From: an uncultured Acidobacteriota bacterium
GTDB taxonomy: Bacteria; Acidobacteriota; Blastocatellia; RBC074
Reading direction: 5' to 3'
Assembly (NCBI GenBank): GCA_963796275.1
Contig: CAWCKY010000004.1
Location: 1,152,001-1,216,000 of the forward strand
DNA length: 64,000 bases
Shown here: positions 53,363 to 63,170 of the stretch, in pieces
Position numbering within the stretch: the stretch's first letter is position 1
How the letters are laid out: each line of letters starts with the position of its first letter
The notes under the pieces: model-generated
Told to the model about the DNA's origin: nothing
Database searches by the model: none
The model's input: the letters and a program-made list of their open reading frames with translations, nothing else
Program-made: the position numbers and the translations under genes

Positions 53363-56300
53363 ATGAGTCAAGCCACCAGATCAATCAATGAAACATTGAA
53401 GGTCTCGGCGCCTACTGCGCCGCGGTTTCTCGCGCCGCTATCGCCCCTAGCAAATTTTTTGCCAGTGATCATACCGATAATCGGCGCGGCGCTTATGGTC
53501 ACAGCGCGAATCAAGCTGGGCGGATCGGCCATTCCGACCGACGGTCCGCTGATCATTATCGCGCTGCTCTGTTACATCACGGCGTCGTCTGCACTGATAG
53601 TGAACATCTGGGCGCCGATCAAATTTCTGGAACGGCTCGGGTTGTGGGTCGCCTCGCTCGGCTTCTTCTTCAACCTCTCGAGCTGGTTGATCCGCTGGGT
53701 AGAAGCCGGCGACCGCGAAGGCTGGATTCGCATGACCAACCAGATCACGGGGGAACAGCACTTCTGGTGGTTCTTCAGCTATATTCCGTTGACGAACCTC
53801 CACGATCTTTCCGTGGCATTCGCTTTCGGCGCGGCGTTCGGAACCCTGCTCATCAGCAGCCGTGAAAATAATCGTTTCGTCGGCGCGGTCTCCATTCCGC
53901 TGATAATGATCATCCTGCTGATGGCGATCTTCATCGGAAATAATTTCACCACTCTGCAGCCGGTGCTCGATAGTTACTGGCGCCCGATCCACGTCGGGGT
54001 GGCATCGATGAGTTATGGGATAGCGCTGGTCAGTTTCGCTCTCGCTGTGATCTATCTCGTTAAAGACGGAGTCAAGATCGAAGCGATGGGAGTGGCGATC
54101 ACCGCATTCTTCATCGTCGGGTACATCGTGGTCTGGTTGATGGGCGGATTCAAGGCATTCGACCCGCTATCCATCAGTTATAGGCTCCATCCGGTCCTCC
54201 CCACACACGATGGTGGGGTTATTAATCCCAAGGCGCGCGTACCGATACCGGGCGCAGGCATCATGTTTGCTCTGGCGATGCTTCTGCTGATCGGGATGGC
54301 AGTCAGCTTCCTGCTCTATATCTACAAGGGCAGTGAGAGCAAGAAACGCATCGGTCATTGGCTTCTGCGAGCTTCAATCGTCCTTCAGGTCGGTACCATG
54401 GGCTGGCTCTACTATCAGATCAAGAATCTGAAAGGGTTCGGCTCGCAAATCGGCAACGAGCAGTTCTACCAGATCGGCACTGCGATGTTCGATCCCAAGG
54501 AACTGCCCAGTAAATCGATCGAGGCCATCGTCTCTGCGGGAGCGAATTTCATGGCAATTATCCGCGATGCCCTCGTCCTTGATGTGCGGGGCAACCCGAT
54601 TGAATTCGGCTCGTTATTCGCCATGCTGGCGGCATCGCTCTTCATTCTCCTTTTCAGCTTCCGGACAGAGCGTCTGCGCGCAAATCTGCCATCGATCGAA
54701 AGAATCGACAATATCATCTACAAAGCTGTCGGCGTCGCTTTTGCCGGGCTTGCGATTTTATTGGTGACCGGCGCGGTCTGGGCGAACGAGTCGTGGGGGC
54801 GCTACTGGGGCTGGGACGCTAAGGAGACGGGCGCATTGGTAGCTTGGCTCTCTTACGCGGGTTATCTGCATACGCGGATCGCACACGGCTGGTCGGGACG
54901 CCGCGGCGCCTATTTCGCGCTCATCGGGTTCCTGCTGGTGATCTTCACGTACCTGGGAGTCAGCTACATTCTCCCCGGTCTGCATTCTTACGGTCGTAGG
55001 CAAATCAGTCGAGATCAGGACATCAATCTGACGCGAAGACGCAAAGACGCAAAGAATCATTTCTTTCAGTCTTTGCGTCTTCGAGTTTGTGCATCAAATT
55101 CGCTTTTCTGGATCGCGGTATTCGCTCTCGCCGGTATCGCGCTGGTTCTCCTCTACCCGGACGCCGACCAGCAGGATGCCGGCTTTCACTATCTGATCGC
55201 ACGCTGGGCCTGGCAGAACCCATCCGCGTTCGTCAGCGTTTGGGGACGCCCCCTCTTCACCCTGCTCTACTTTCTCCCCTCGCAACTCGGTTACCCGGCG
55301 GCCAAGCTATTCACCCTTGCGATCTGCCTGGCCGCCGGTTGGCAAACGGTTCGGCTGGCGCGGCAACTCAAATACCCGCGCGCGGCGTTGGCCATTCCGT
55401 TTCTATTTCTCCAACCTTCATTTTTTCTTCTCTGCTCGGTCGTGATGACCGAACCGCTCTTCGCCCTTCTTCTGGTGATAGCTTACCGGCTTCACCTCTC
55501 CGGGCGGGTGAAAATCGGAGCGCTCACGGCTTCTCTCTTGATCCTCGTCCGGCCCGAAGGATTCTTCATCGGGATGCTCTGGGGCATCCTGATCCTGCTG
55601 GACAAGCGCGATGAGCGAGCCTGGCCCCGACGGATCGCGGAGATAGCGCTATTGGCGAGCGGAATCTCGGCATGGTGGCTCGCAGCCTTTCTGATCACGG
55701 GCGACCCGCTCTGGATCGCCCACGATTGGCCTTCGAACTGGCAGCAATCGGCCGGTAACGACTACGGTACCGGCCCGATCTGGTGGTACCTCACGCAGCT
55801 TCCTCTGATCGCCGGCCCGTTGCTGCTCATCCCGTTCGTCGCCGGACTGACGGTGGGACAAACGGGGCAGACGGGACAGACGGGACAGAATAGATCGCGC
55901 AAACGACAAGAATTTTTCATAGTTATTTCATCATTCCTGACTCTCTTCGTTCTGCATTCGCTGATGTATTGGCGCGGCTGGTTCGGTTCTGCGGGTTATG
56001 CGCGCTACTTCGTCTGCGTCTCACCGGTGATCTCGTTGATCACGCTGGCGGGCTGGAATGAGCTGGCCGACCGGCGACTGAAATTATCGGCCTGGGGATC
56101 GACCGGCATACTCTTATCATCAGCCCTCGTCTGCCTTCTCTACGTCGATGGATTGCAACCGGGGCGTGATGCATGGGCGATCGATGAGATGAACCGTTGG
56201 TTGCGCGCGAATGAACGGGCGGTTTCGCGCCTGATCTGCAGTCAGGCTTATATGCGAATCGCCCTCGACCGCGATCCGCGGGAAAATCCGATCTTCAACG

Positions 56301-56536
56301 GCGACCGCGATCACAACCTTGATCTGCTGCGCAGCTCCCCCGGGAAAACACTTATTTTCTGGGACGAGATGACGGGGCCCAGGTGGTTTAATTTAAGAGC
56401 CGAAGATTTTGAATCTGCCGGTTATTCGCAGCTCAAATCGCGGTCTTTCAGGCTCGAAGGGATATTCTTCAATCTGCCCTGGGAACGGTTCGGTGGACCG
56501 CGCGTGCAACAGATGCATTTGTTTTATAAGGAATGA
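53363..56536 (+). CDS. ccsA: CcsA/ResC cytochrome c synthase (to about 54995) read in frame into a GT-C-like membrane protein (about 55100-56536)
   Basis: LDSYWRPIHV; GAVWANESWGRYWGWDAKE (WWD); GLHSYG; then a repeat-derived linker and a paralogue of 31394-32872. Confidence 0.85.
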   Translation: MSQATRSINETLKVSAPTAPRFLAPLSPLANFLPVIIPIIGAALMVTARIKLGGSAIPTDGPLIIIALLCYITASSALIVNIWAPIKFLERLGLWVASLGFFFNLSSWLIRWVEAGDREGWIRMTNQITGEQHFWWFFSYIPLTNLHDLSVAFAFGAAFGTLLISSRENNRFVGAVSIPLIMIILLMAIFIGNNFTTLQPVLDSYWRPIHVGVASMSYGIALVSFALAVIYLVKDGVKIEAMGVAITAFFIVGYIVVWLMGGFKAFDPLSISYRLHPVLPTHDGGVINPKARVPIPGAGIMFALAMLLLIGMAVSFLLYIYKGSESKKRIGHWLLRASIVLQVGTMGWLYYQIKNLKGFGSQIGNEQFYQIGTAMFDPKELPSKSIEAIVSAGANFMAIIRDALVLDVRGNPIEFGSLFAMLAASLFILLFSFRTERLRANLPSIERIDNIIYKAVGVAFAGLAILLVTGAVWANESWGRYWGWDAKETGALVAWLSYAGYLHTRIAHGWSGRRGAYFALIGFLLVIFTYLGVSYILPGLHSYGRRQISRDQDINLTRRRKDAKNHFFQSLRLRVCASNSLFWIAVFALAGIALVLLYPDADQQDAGFHYLIARWAWQNPSAFVSVWGRPLFTLLYFLPSQLGYPAAKLFTLAICLAAGWQTVRLARQLKYPRAALAIPFLFLQPSFFLLCSVVMTEPLFALLLVIAYRLHLSGRVKIGALTASLLILVRPEGFFIGMLWGILILLDKRDERAWPRRIAEIALLASGISAWWLAAFLITGDPLWIAHDWPSNWQQSAGNDYGTGPIWWYLTQLPLIAGPLLLIPFVAGLTVGQTGQTGQTGQNRSRKRQEFFIVISSFLTLFVLHSLMYWRGWFGSAGYARYFVCVSPVISLITLAGWNELADRRLKLSAWGSTGILLSSALVCLLYVDGLQPGRDAWAIDEMNRWLRANERAVSRLICSQAYMRIALDRDPRENPIFNGDRDHNLDLLRSSPGKTLIFWDEMTGPRWFNLRAEDFESAGYSQLKSRSFRLEGIFFNLPWERFGGPRVQQMHLFYKE
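55031..55086. repeat. ACGCAAAG/CTTTGCGT palindromic repeat at the ccsA/GT-C junction
   Basis: ACGCGAAGACGCAAAGAC (55031-55048) and GTCTTTGCGTCTTCGAGT (55069-55086). Confidence 0.8.
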
Positions 56537-56836
56537 CTGAGTCTGTATGGAAGCGGAAAATATCAGGCAAAAGTGCGAAATTAATAAAAAGATTCTTTTT
56601 TGTTCTTTTGATGTTGTCCGCCCTTTCGTTTCCCATAAAAAACATTACCAACACCCATGTTCTTTATGCTAAGATTTCTGACGTTCCGACTGAATAGCGT
56701 CGTATCACAGCTTACTAATCTTGACGCTTACATCTGAAATGCTCCTCGATGGGTAGTTGTGAAGCCTGCACCTCATCACTACTCGTGGCCAGCAGGTTAA
56801 GTAGTTTCAAGTAGATATTCTTAAGAAGAGAAAGGG

Positions 56837-57766
56837 ATGAAAATTATGGCCCAGCCATTAATTCGCCGCACGGTCAAGCTAGCACTCTTTTTAACCATCC
56901 TGATTCTTTTCGATGTCGCGACCCTTGCTCAGAAATTTCAAAACGATTCGCGGCCCGGCAGCGTGCTCTTTTTCAATCGATACACGAGTGATCCGAACGA
57001 CCCGCAACGCGGCGATACGCAGATCAACATAACAAACATCAGTCCTGTCGACAGTGCATCCGTTCATCTCTTCTTCGTCCAGGGAGCCACCGGCTCAGTA
57101 GCGGATTTCGGGTTGTCGCTGATGCCTAACCAGACATTGTCCTTCCTGACCAGTGATTTCGATCCCGGAATCGAGGGATATATGATCGCGGTCGCGACTG
57201 ACGGTTCCGTCCCTGTGCAGAATAATTCATTAATCGGTACAGCGCTGATCCGTGAAAATGATGGCCACCAGATCGTTCTTCCGGCCTTCCCGGTAGCCAA
57301 GATATCTCCCGGGCGGGTCGCCAGGGATGAGGACGATAGCGTCAGATTGAAATTCAATGGGGTGGAATACGAACGGCTTCCCGGCTCATTGGCGGTCACT
57401 AGTTTCAATAGCGAGACGGCCGATGCCAGTTCCCTGGTCGTCTTTTCCCCCGCCGGAGACCTGGTCTCGGGATCGACTGAAACGATAAATATCTACTCCT
57501 TGCTCTTCGACGACGCCCAGCGCTCCGTCCCGAGCAATTTCATCGTCCGGGGTTACAGAGCTGACCCATTAAGCGCATACTTCAATCGCCAGGGCATGTT
57601 CACGCGTCGCTCGCCGGTGCCCAAGCGGGGGTGGATGAGGTTGAGCGCGGGCTCGCTGCCGATACTGGGCTCTGTTTTCAACAAAAGTACCGGATTCACT
57701 ACTGCATACAATCTACCTTCATTGACGTTACTGCCGTCATACGAAATCCGCATTCCAACCTTCTAA
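56837..57766 (+). CDS. Secreted hypothetical protein
   Basis: Signal peptide; PGSVLFFNRYTS...DTQINITN...VHLFFV...SVAD...DFDPG..GY. Confidence 0.75.
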   Translation: MKIMAQPLIRRTVKLALFLTILILFDVATLAQKFQNDSRPGSVLFFNRYTSDPNDPQRGDTQINITNISPVDSASVHLFFVQGATGSVADFGLSLMPNQTLSFLTSDFDPGIEGYMIAVATDGSVPVQNNSLIGTALIRENDGHQIVLPAFPVAKISPGRVARDEDDSVRLKFNGVEYERLPGSLAVTSFNSETADASSLVVFSPAGDLVSGSTETINIYSLLFDDAQRSVPSNFIVRGYRADPLSAYFNRQGMFTRRSPVPKRGWMRLSAGSLPILGSVFNKSTGFTTAYNLPSLTLLPSYEIRIPTF

Positions 57767-57787
57767 AACTAACGGCAAAGTTATAAA

Positions 57788-57816
57788 GGGAGACAAAGGT
57801 ATACACCTTGTCTCCC
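57788..57816. terminator. Hairpin between convergent genes
   Basis: GGGAGACAA(A)GGT/ACCTTGTCTCCC. Confidence 0.5.
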
Positions 57817-57841
57817 TGTCTCTCGCTCGACCGCGATTTAC

Positions 57842-60112
57842 TCACTCTTCAACCTGATAGACTTTATTCTCCCATACGACTACAACCCGCTGACCGAGCG
57901 CGAAGAAATCGGCGAGCTTCGGTTCCCGTCCGATCAGATTGAAGTATTCGTCCGTTCCGAATTTCAGAGCCACGACGGGGAGCTTCCCATCGTCTTTGAA
58001 CAGGCTGTCAGTCCAGACGCTATTGATTAAATAAAATGTCTTACTGGCGATCTGACGCATAGTTGAGATCGACGAAGTGGGCTCGGATATGATCCTATCC
58101 GCATATCTCAATTCCGACTTCTGCCTGCTCAATTCAACTGCGGACCTCCCCTGCGCAGACCTCATTTCATCAGCCACCCTCTCTTTCTCATTATTTACTC
58201 CTGCGATGATGGCGGCTCTCGGACTCTTAGAACTGGCAGTCCGGTTCATCTGTTCCAGCACAAGATAAGATGTATAGGGAGTGACGATACCGTAGCGCGT
58301 GCCGAGATCGATTATCTCGTCGCGCAGCTCCTTCGATTCGCCATTCGAGCTTATCTGGTCGAGCAGATAGCCCACGCGGCGCATCGCCCAAAGGTGTGGA
58401 AGGAATTCGTTCTCGTGCTGTTTTGCGGGGAATTGCAGATCGTCATAAACGAAGCGCCGCTCGCGCCCGTTAACTTTGCCGGTGAGCGTAATACTCTTGG
58501 CTGATGATCGGTATCGCCCGATCAATACAAGCTGTGATCCGTGGAAGATGTCGGGCAACGTCCTCGGATAGACCATATCCGGCTGCAAGCCGCCCCAATC
58601 TAACTTCACATCATTCAGCACCGGTTGATTCACCTTGGCGAAGAAATCGGAGACCTTCACCTCAATGTCTTCGTTCGGTTCTATGTACCCGACCGTCCCG
58701 CGGTTCTCATTGGCGAGGCCGTCGAGCAAAACAGTATTTACGTCATATCCGACGCCGAACGTAAATAGACGCGCGTTGAGCTTGTTCGCTTCTTTGGCAT
58801 TGCTCATGATCTTATTCGCCTGTGTGACACCTACGGTGGGCTGACCGTCGGTGAGCAGGACGATCATTTGCGGCCGTTCCCCTCCCTGCAGCTGTTTAAT
58901 CGCGGCAAGCAGCGCATCGTTGATGTTCGTGCCGCCCGTCGCCTTCATTCTCTCGATGAATTCACGCGCCTGATTCTTCCCTCCATCGTCAGCGGCAATC
59001 ATTTTTTCGGTAAGCAGGTGCTCTTCGCCCGCGAACGATATTATGTTGAAACGGTCGCGCGCATCGAGAGAGCTCACACCGAAGCGGAGGGCGGCTCTGG
59101 CCTTCTCCATCTTTCCTTCTTCCGCCATCGAACCGGATGTGTCCAGTACGAAGATTACATCCTTCGCCGAGACCTCTTTTACATCCAGCTCTGCCTTGGG
59201 AGAAACGAGAAGCATGAAAAATCCGTCCTTGCCCGGTTCACGATGAGTCAGCAGGGAGAGACCGAATTCTTGGTCCGACAACGTGTAGATGAGCCTGAAG
59301 TCCGGCTGAGACGCGCTCGCGCGGACCTCGAAGCTCAGACGGGCTTTGCGTTCTCCGTCACGCTTGACCTCGATCTCGTGCGTCGGCGAAAAGATGCTCT
59401 TGATCGGCGTGCGTGAGCTTATCTCGACTTCGGCAGAGATGCGGCCGTTACGCGACGGGTCTTGAGATTGCTGGGGAACCTGATTCTCTGGCTCATACCG
59501 TGGCCTGGGCATCGGAATCGGAAATGGAACCCGCCGCGGCGGTCGGGCAAACCACCCGTTCGCCTGCCAGCCGGTACCCAGCGGGTAACGGTACGAAACG
59601 GTTCCGCTCTCGTTGCGCAAAACCTGGCTATAGGTCAGCTCGATCTTCTTATCGCTGTGCGGAGAGATGGGAAAGATGCTCGCCTGAAAAAGATTCTTCC
59701 CCGCGTATTCCAGCAGGGCCGGGTCCCTGCGCGCGCGCACTATATCGTCGTATATCCTCCGCGCATCCCCCCGAGATCTCGCCTCACCAATCAGACGTTT
59801 GTCGCCATCCCACATCGCAAACTCGGTTATAGAAACACTCTCGGGTAGCGGAAAGAAATAGATGCCCTCCAGCGTGTATGGCGTGTCGTTTTCGAAAACC
59901 TGCTCGATGTGTGTTACTGCTACTTGATCATCTATCTTTGTCGAGATGTGTATGCTTTTGATCCTGAGAGGCCGTTGCGGAATTTGTGGAGGTTGTGGGC
60001 AATGGATTATCGGTCGCGGACAGGGTCGAGGGAAAATTATCCCTTGAGCCATTCCCACCAAATTACAAAATACCAAACCGACCAGAGCGAAAAATAGATG
60101 TGACAATTTCAT
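57842..60112 (-). CDS. VIT + VWA domain secreted protein (ITIH-like)
   Basis: EQVFEN..LEGIYFFPLP...RDPALLE; VLDTSGSM; GGTNINDAL; LTDGQPT; LWA.RR; IVTPYTSYLV. Confidence 0.92.
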   Translation of the reverse strand: MKLSHLFFALVGLVFCNLVGMAQGIIFPRPCPRPIIHCPQPPQIPQRPLRIKSIHISTKIDDQVAVTHIEQVFENDTPYTLEGIYFFPLPESVSITEFAMWDGDKRLIGEARSRGDARRIYDDIVRARRDPALLEYAGKNLFQASIFPISPHSDKKIELTYSQVLRNESGTVSYRYPLGTGWQANGWFARPPRRVPFPIPMPRPRYEPENQVPQQSQDPSRNGRISAEVEISSRTPIKSIFSPTHEIEVKRDGERKARLSFEVRASASQPDFRLIYTLSDQEFGLSLLTHREPGKDGFFMLLVSPKAELDVKEVSAKDVIFVLDTSGSMAEEGKMEKARAALRFGVSSLDARDRFNIISFAGEEHLLTEKMIAADDGGKNQAREFIERMKATGGTNINDALLAAIKQLQGGERPQMIVLLTDGQPTVGVTQANKIMSNAKEANKLNARLFTFGVGYDVNTVLLDGLANENRGTVGYIEPNEDIEVKVSDFFAKVNQPVLNDVKLDWGGLQPDMVYPRTLPDIFHGSQLVLIGRYRSSAKSITLTGKVNGRERRFVYDDLQFPAKQHENEFLPHLWAMRRVGYLLDQISSNGESKELRDEIIDLGTRYGIVTPYTSYLVLEQMNRTASSKSPRAAIIAGVNNEKERVADEMRSAQGRSAVELSRQKSELRYADRIISEPTSSISTMRQIASKTFYLINSVWTDSLFKDDGKLPVVALKFGTDEYFNLIGREPKLADFFALGQRVVVVWENKVYQVEE

Positions 60113-60466
60113 AAATCCTCCGTGATTGTCTAACTTTTCTCATCATCTTTATTTTTTTTCGTTCAGGGTTTGATTTAGGGTATTTACAGTGTCGATGTCT
60201 GAACGGTTTTGCCCCCTAACCTTGCAGATAATATCTTATGCACGCTACTATCGATTTTTAAGCCTCACAATCGATTCAAATTTCGCTCTTGCTCATTCTT
60301 TATTGAAATTATTTTTAAAAGTGTATGTAATATCTCCACTATCAATTTCAAGACTGTATCACTTTAGGATAATTCAGCGATAAGATATTGAGAAATATTG
60401 ATAAGAGTTATTGATTTGATGAGATAAATGACTGATAGAGCAAGAATTCAGGATAGTCATTATTTA

Positions 60467-60483
60467 TTGGTACAATTTTTGCT
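60467..60483 (+). promoter_or_regulatory. Putative sigma-54 promoter for the OmpA-family gene
   Basis: TTGGTACAATTTTTGCT = GG-N10-GC, in an AT-rich 450-bp intergenic region. Confidence 0.55.
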
Positions 60484-60567
60484 CAAGCACAAAAATGTCA
60501 AAATGTAACGCTTGCTATTGTTAAAAGTATTAGAGGCAAGATCAGAAAATTTCTCTGGGAGGAGCCA

Positions 60568-61641
60568 ATGACGAAAAATAGTTCAATCAGGAAACAGGTG
60601 ATAGGGGTGTTGGGTGTATGTGGATTAGTGATCGGGCTGAGCATTCCGATGTTCGGTCAAGATGCAGCTGGAAATAACCCACCGTTGACGGAGCCGTCGA
60701 AGCTTGTCAAGCTTCCGGCTGGGTTCAAGCAGAAGATCAAGGGCGTAATCATCAGTCGGGACGCTGACAATTTCATCATGCGCGATCTGACGGGGGGCGA
60801 CATTCAGGTCAACCTCACGAACATCACGAAAGTTGAAGAGAAGAAAAGCAATCCATTCCGCCGCTCGAAGAATTACGGGACGACTCAGTTGCTGCGCGGT
60901 TTGACAGTTGAGGTTGAAGGTCGAGCCGACACGAACGGCGCGCTGATCGCTGAGAAGGTCAAGATGACGGAAGAGGCGCTAGTCGTGGCGCGAACAGTCG
61001 AGACCCGCGTCACGCCGGTCGAAGGTCGCGTCGGCGATGCCGAAAACCGGCTTTCACAGGCGGAAGTCAACGCACAGCGTCTTTCCGGTCAACTCGAAGA
61101 GCTGCAGGCCATCTCCAACGCCGCGCGCGGAGGAGCCAAGGCTGCTCAGGAGAGTGCGGATATGGCTATCGCGGGCGTCGAAGCAACCAACAAGCGCCTC
61201 GATTCCCTGGTGACGAGCCTCGATGAATACGAGCCGAAGCGAGGGATATCTGTGACATTCAAGGTCCGCAGCTCCCTGCTTTCGGAAGAAGCAAAAGTAG
61301 CGCTCGCTGAGCTCGCCGTTCAGGCGAAGACTGAACGCGCTTATGTGATCGAGGTCACCGGTTTCGCTTCCGCGGATGGCAGCGAGAACCTGAACCGCCG
61401 GCTGAGCCAGCAACGCGCCGATGCGGTCGTTCGTTATCTAGCTGAGTATCATATGATACCGCTGCGCCGCATTATAACACCGTTCGGTTACGGCGAATCC
61501 CAGCCGGTTGCCGAGAACACGTCTCGCGAAGGCCGCGAACAGAACCGTCGCGTTGAAGTCAAAATCCTCGTCAATAAGGGATTGGTCGCTCCGCCGCCGC
61601 CGGTAACCTTGACGAAACCCAACAGTTCTTCCGGATTATAA
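60568..61641 (+). CDS. OmpA-family peptidoglycan-binding protein with N-terminal OB/DUF5666-like domain and coiled coil
   Basis: IEVTGFAS.DG...NRRLSQQRADAV...GYGESQP...NRRVEV. Confidence 0.92.
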   Translation: MTKNSSIRKQVIGVLGVCGLVIGLSIPMFGQDAAGNNPPLTEPSKLVKLPAGFKQKIKGVIISRDADNFIMRDLTGGDIQVNLTNITKVEEKKSNPFRRSKNYGTTQLLRGLTVEVEGRADTNGALIAEKVKMTEEALVVARTVETRVTPVEGRVGDAENRLSQAEVNAQRLSGQLEELQAISNAARGGAKAAQESADMAIAGVEATNKRLDSLVTSLDEYEPKRGISVTFKVRSSLLSEEAKVALAELAVQAKTERAYVIEVTGFASADGSENLNRRLSQQRADAVVRYLAEYHMIPLRRIITPFGYGESQPVAENTSREGREQNRRVEVKILVNKGLVAPPPPVTLTKPNSSSGL

Positions 61642-61702
61642 ATATTGATATTGCTCAAAAATATTTCTGGAGTTTAGTCCCTCCAGTGAGTGATTAACTG
61701 AG

Positions 61703-61742
61703 AGTGGCGAGTTCGAAAACAGACGGGCTCGCCACTTTATTG
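61703..61742 (+). terminator. Terminator after the OmpA-family gene
   Basis: AGTGGCGAGTTCG/CGGGCTCGCCACT followed by TTATT. Confidence 0.7.
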
Positions 61743-61852
61743 CTTATAATAGCCATAAAAAAAGATAAAAGGACCTCAAGACTTCTCAATCCTTTGTCTT
61801 CTTGGTTTCTCGTGGTTATTATCTCAGGGGAGAAAGGAGCTGTTGACGAAAG

Positions 61853-62890
61853 ATGGGCAACACAAAGAATGGAAGCGGGTTTCGCAATCTCGGGGTTCAT
61901 AGATTGAAGTTGATATTGTTAGCCATAATATTGGGGACGGCCGCAGGGGTGTTATCTATGCGGGTTGATGGACAGTCTCCTGACGACCAACAAAAACAAG
62001 GGCAACAAAAACCAGATAAGAATAAAACTCCCGAACCCGAGGAGGAGACGATAACCATTAAATCTAACCTGGTCGCTGTTCCTGTTTCCGTCACTGATGC
62101 CGGAGGCCAGCCGGTGCGAAACCTTAAAGTAGAGGATTTCCAACTGGAAGAAGAAGGACAAACCCAGCAGATTCAAAACCTGGGAGAACCGGGGAAAACT
62201 CCGATCGAGTTAGCGCTTCTCTTCGACATTTCACGCAGCGTGCGCAATCGTTTCGATTTCGAACGCGAATCAGCGGGCCGATTCCTCAAAGAAGTGATGA
62301 AACCGGGGGACACGGTAACGGTATTTGCGATCGGGACAACTCCCAAGATCGCGGTAGTCCGCACCGAAAGCGCAGATGCGGCTATCAAATCTACGATGGC
62401 GATTGAACCGAGCGACGAATCTACTGCGTTCTTCGATACTGTGGTCAAGGCAGCGCGTTATCTCAACGATAACTCAAATCCCGGCGTTCGGCGCGTGATT
62501 GTAACCATCTCAGACGGGGAAGACACAAACAGCGAGCGTTTCCGACTTAATGACGCGTTGCGCGAAATTCAGCGCGGCAGCAGCCTGTTCTATTCGATCA
62601 ACCCGAGCGGGCCATCGATACGCCTCAATAAAATAAGCACGCGAGGCCACCAGGGAATGATCAAGCTCGCCGATGAAACCGGTGGTGTGGCTTTTCTGCC
62701 CGATAAGCTCGAAGACCTGAACAAAGTCTTCACCCAGATCACTTCTGAACTGCAGGCCCAATATCTGCTCGGTTATTACTCGACCAATGAGCGGACTGAC
62801 GGCACATTCCGCAAGATAGCAGTTCGGGTGCCAAAACGTTCCGAATTACGGATACGCGCGCGTGACGGTTATTACGCGCCGAAACAGTAA
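61853..62890 (+). CDS. Acidobacterial VWFA-related secreted protein
   Basis: LVAVPVSVTD; LFDISRS; TAFFD; ISDGEDT; ELQAQYLLGYY; RARDGYYAP. Confidence 0.9.
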   Translation: MGNTKNGSGFRNLGVHRLKLILLAIILGTAAGVLSMRVDGQSPDDQQKQGQQKPDKNKTPEPEEETITIKSNLVAVPVSVTDAGGQPVRNLKVEDFQLEEEGQTQQIQNLGEPGKTPIELALLFDISRSVRNRFDFERESAGRFLKEVMKPGDTVTVFAIGTTPKIAVVRTESADAAIKSTMAIEPSDESTAFFDTVVKAARYLNDNSNPGVRRVIVTISDGEDTNSERFRLNDALREIQRGSSLFYSINPSGPSIRLNKISTRGHQGMIKLADETGGVAFLPDKLEDLNKVFTQITSELQAQYLLGYYSTNERTDGTFRKIAVRVPKRSELRIRARDGYYAPKQ

Positions 62891-63170
62891 GCGGAGAGTA
62901 AAGAGGAGCAAAAGAACAGAAAGGCAAAAATTCAGTCATTTTGCCCTTTTTGTTCTTTTTTATCTTTTTTGCTTCCCTCCCATCATTCGTTCTCTTGCTT
63001 CTCCTCCCAACACTCTATAGAATCCGCGCCGTTGGCCGAAATAGTTTCAGCTCAATACTATAGAACGTAGACAGGATTTTCAGTATCGTTCAAGATTCTA
63101 TCCGCTCATAAAATCCTGATAAATCCTGATAAATCCTCTAAATCCTGTCCATTGCCGAAGGAGATGGAGA

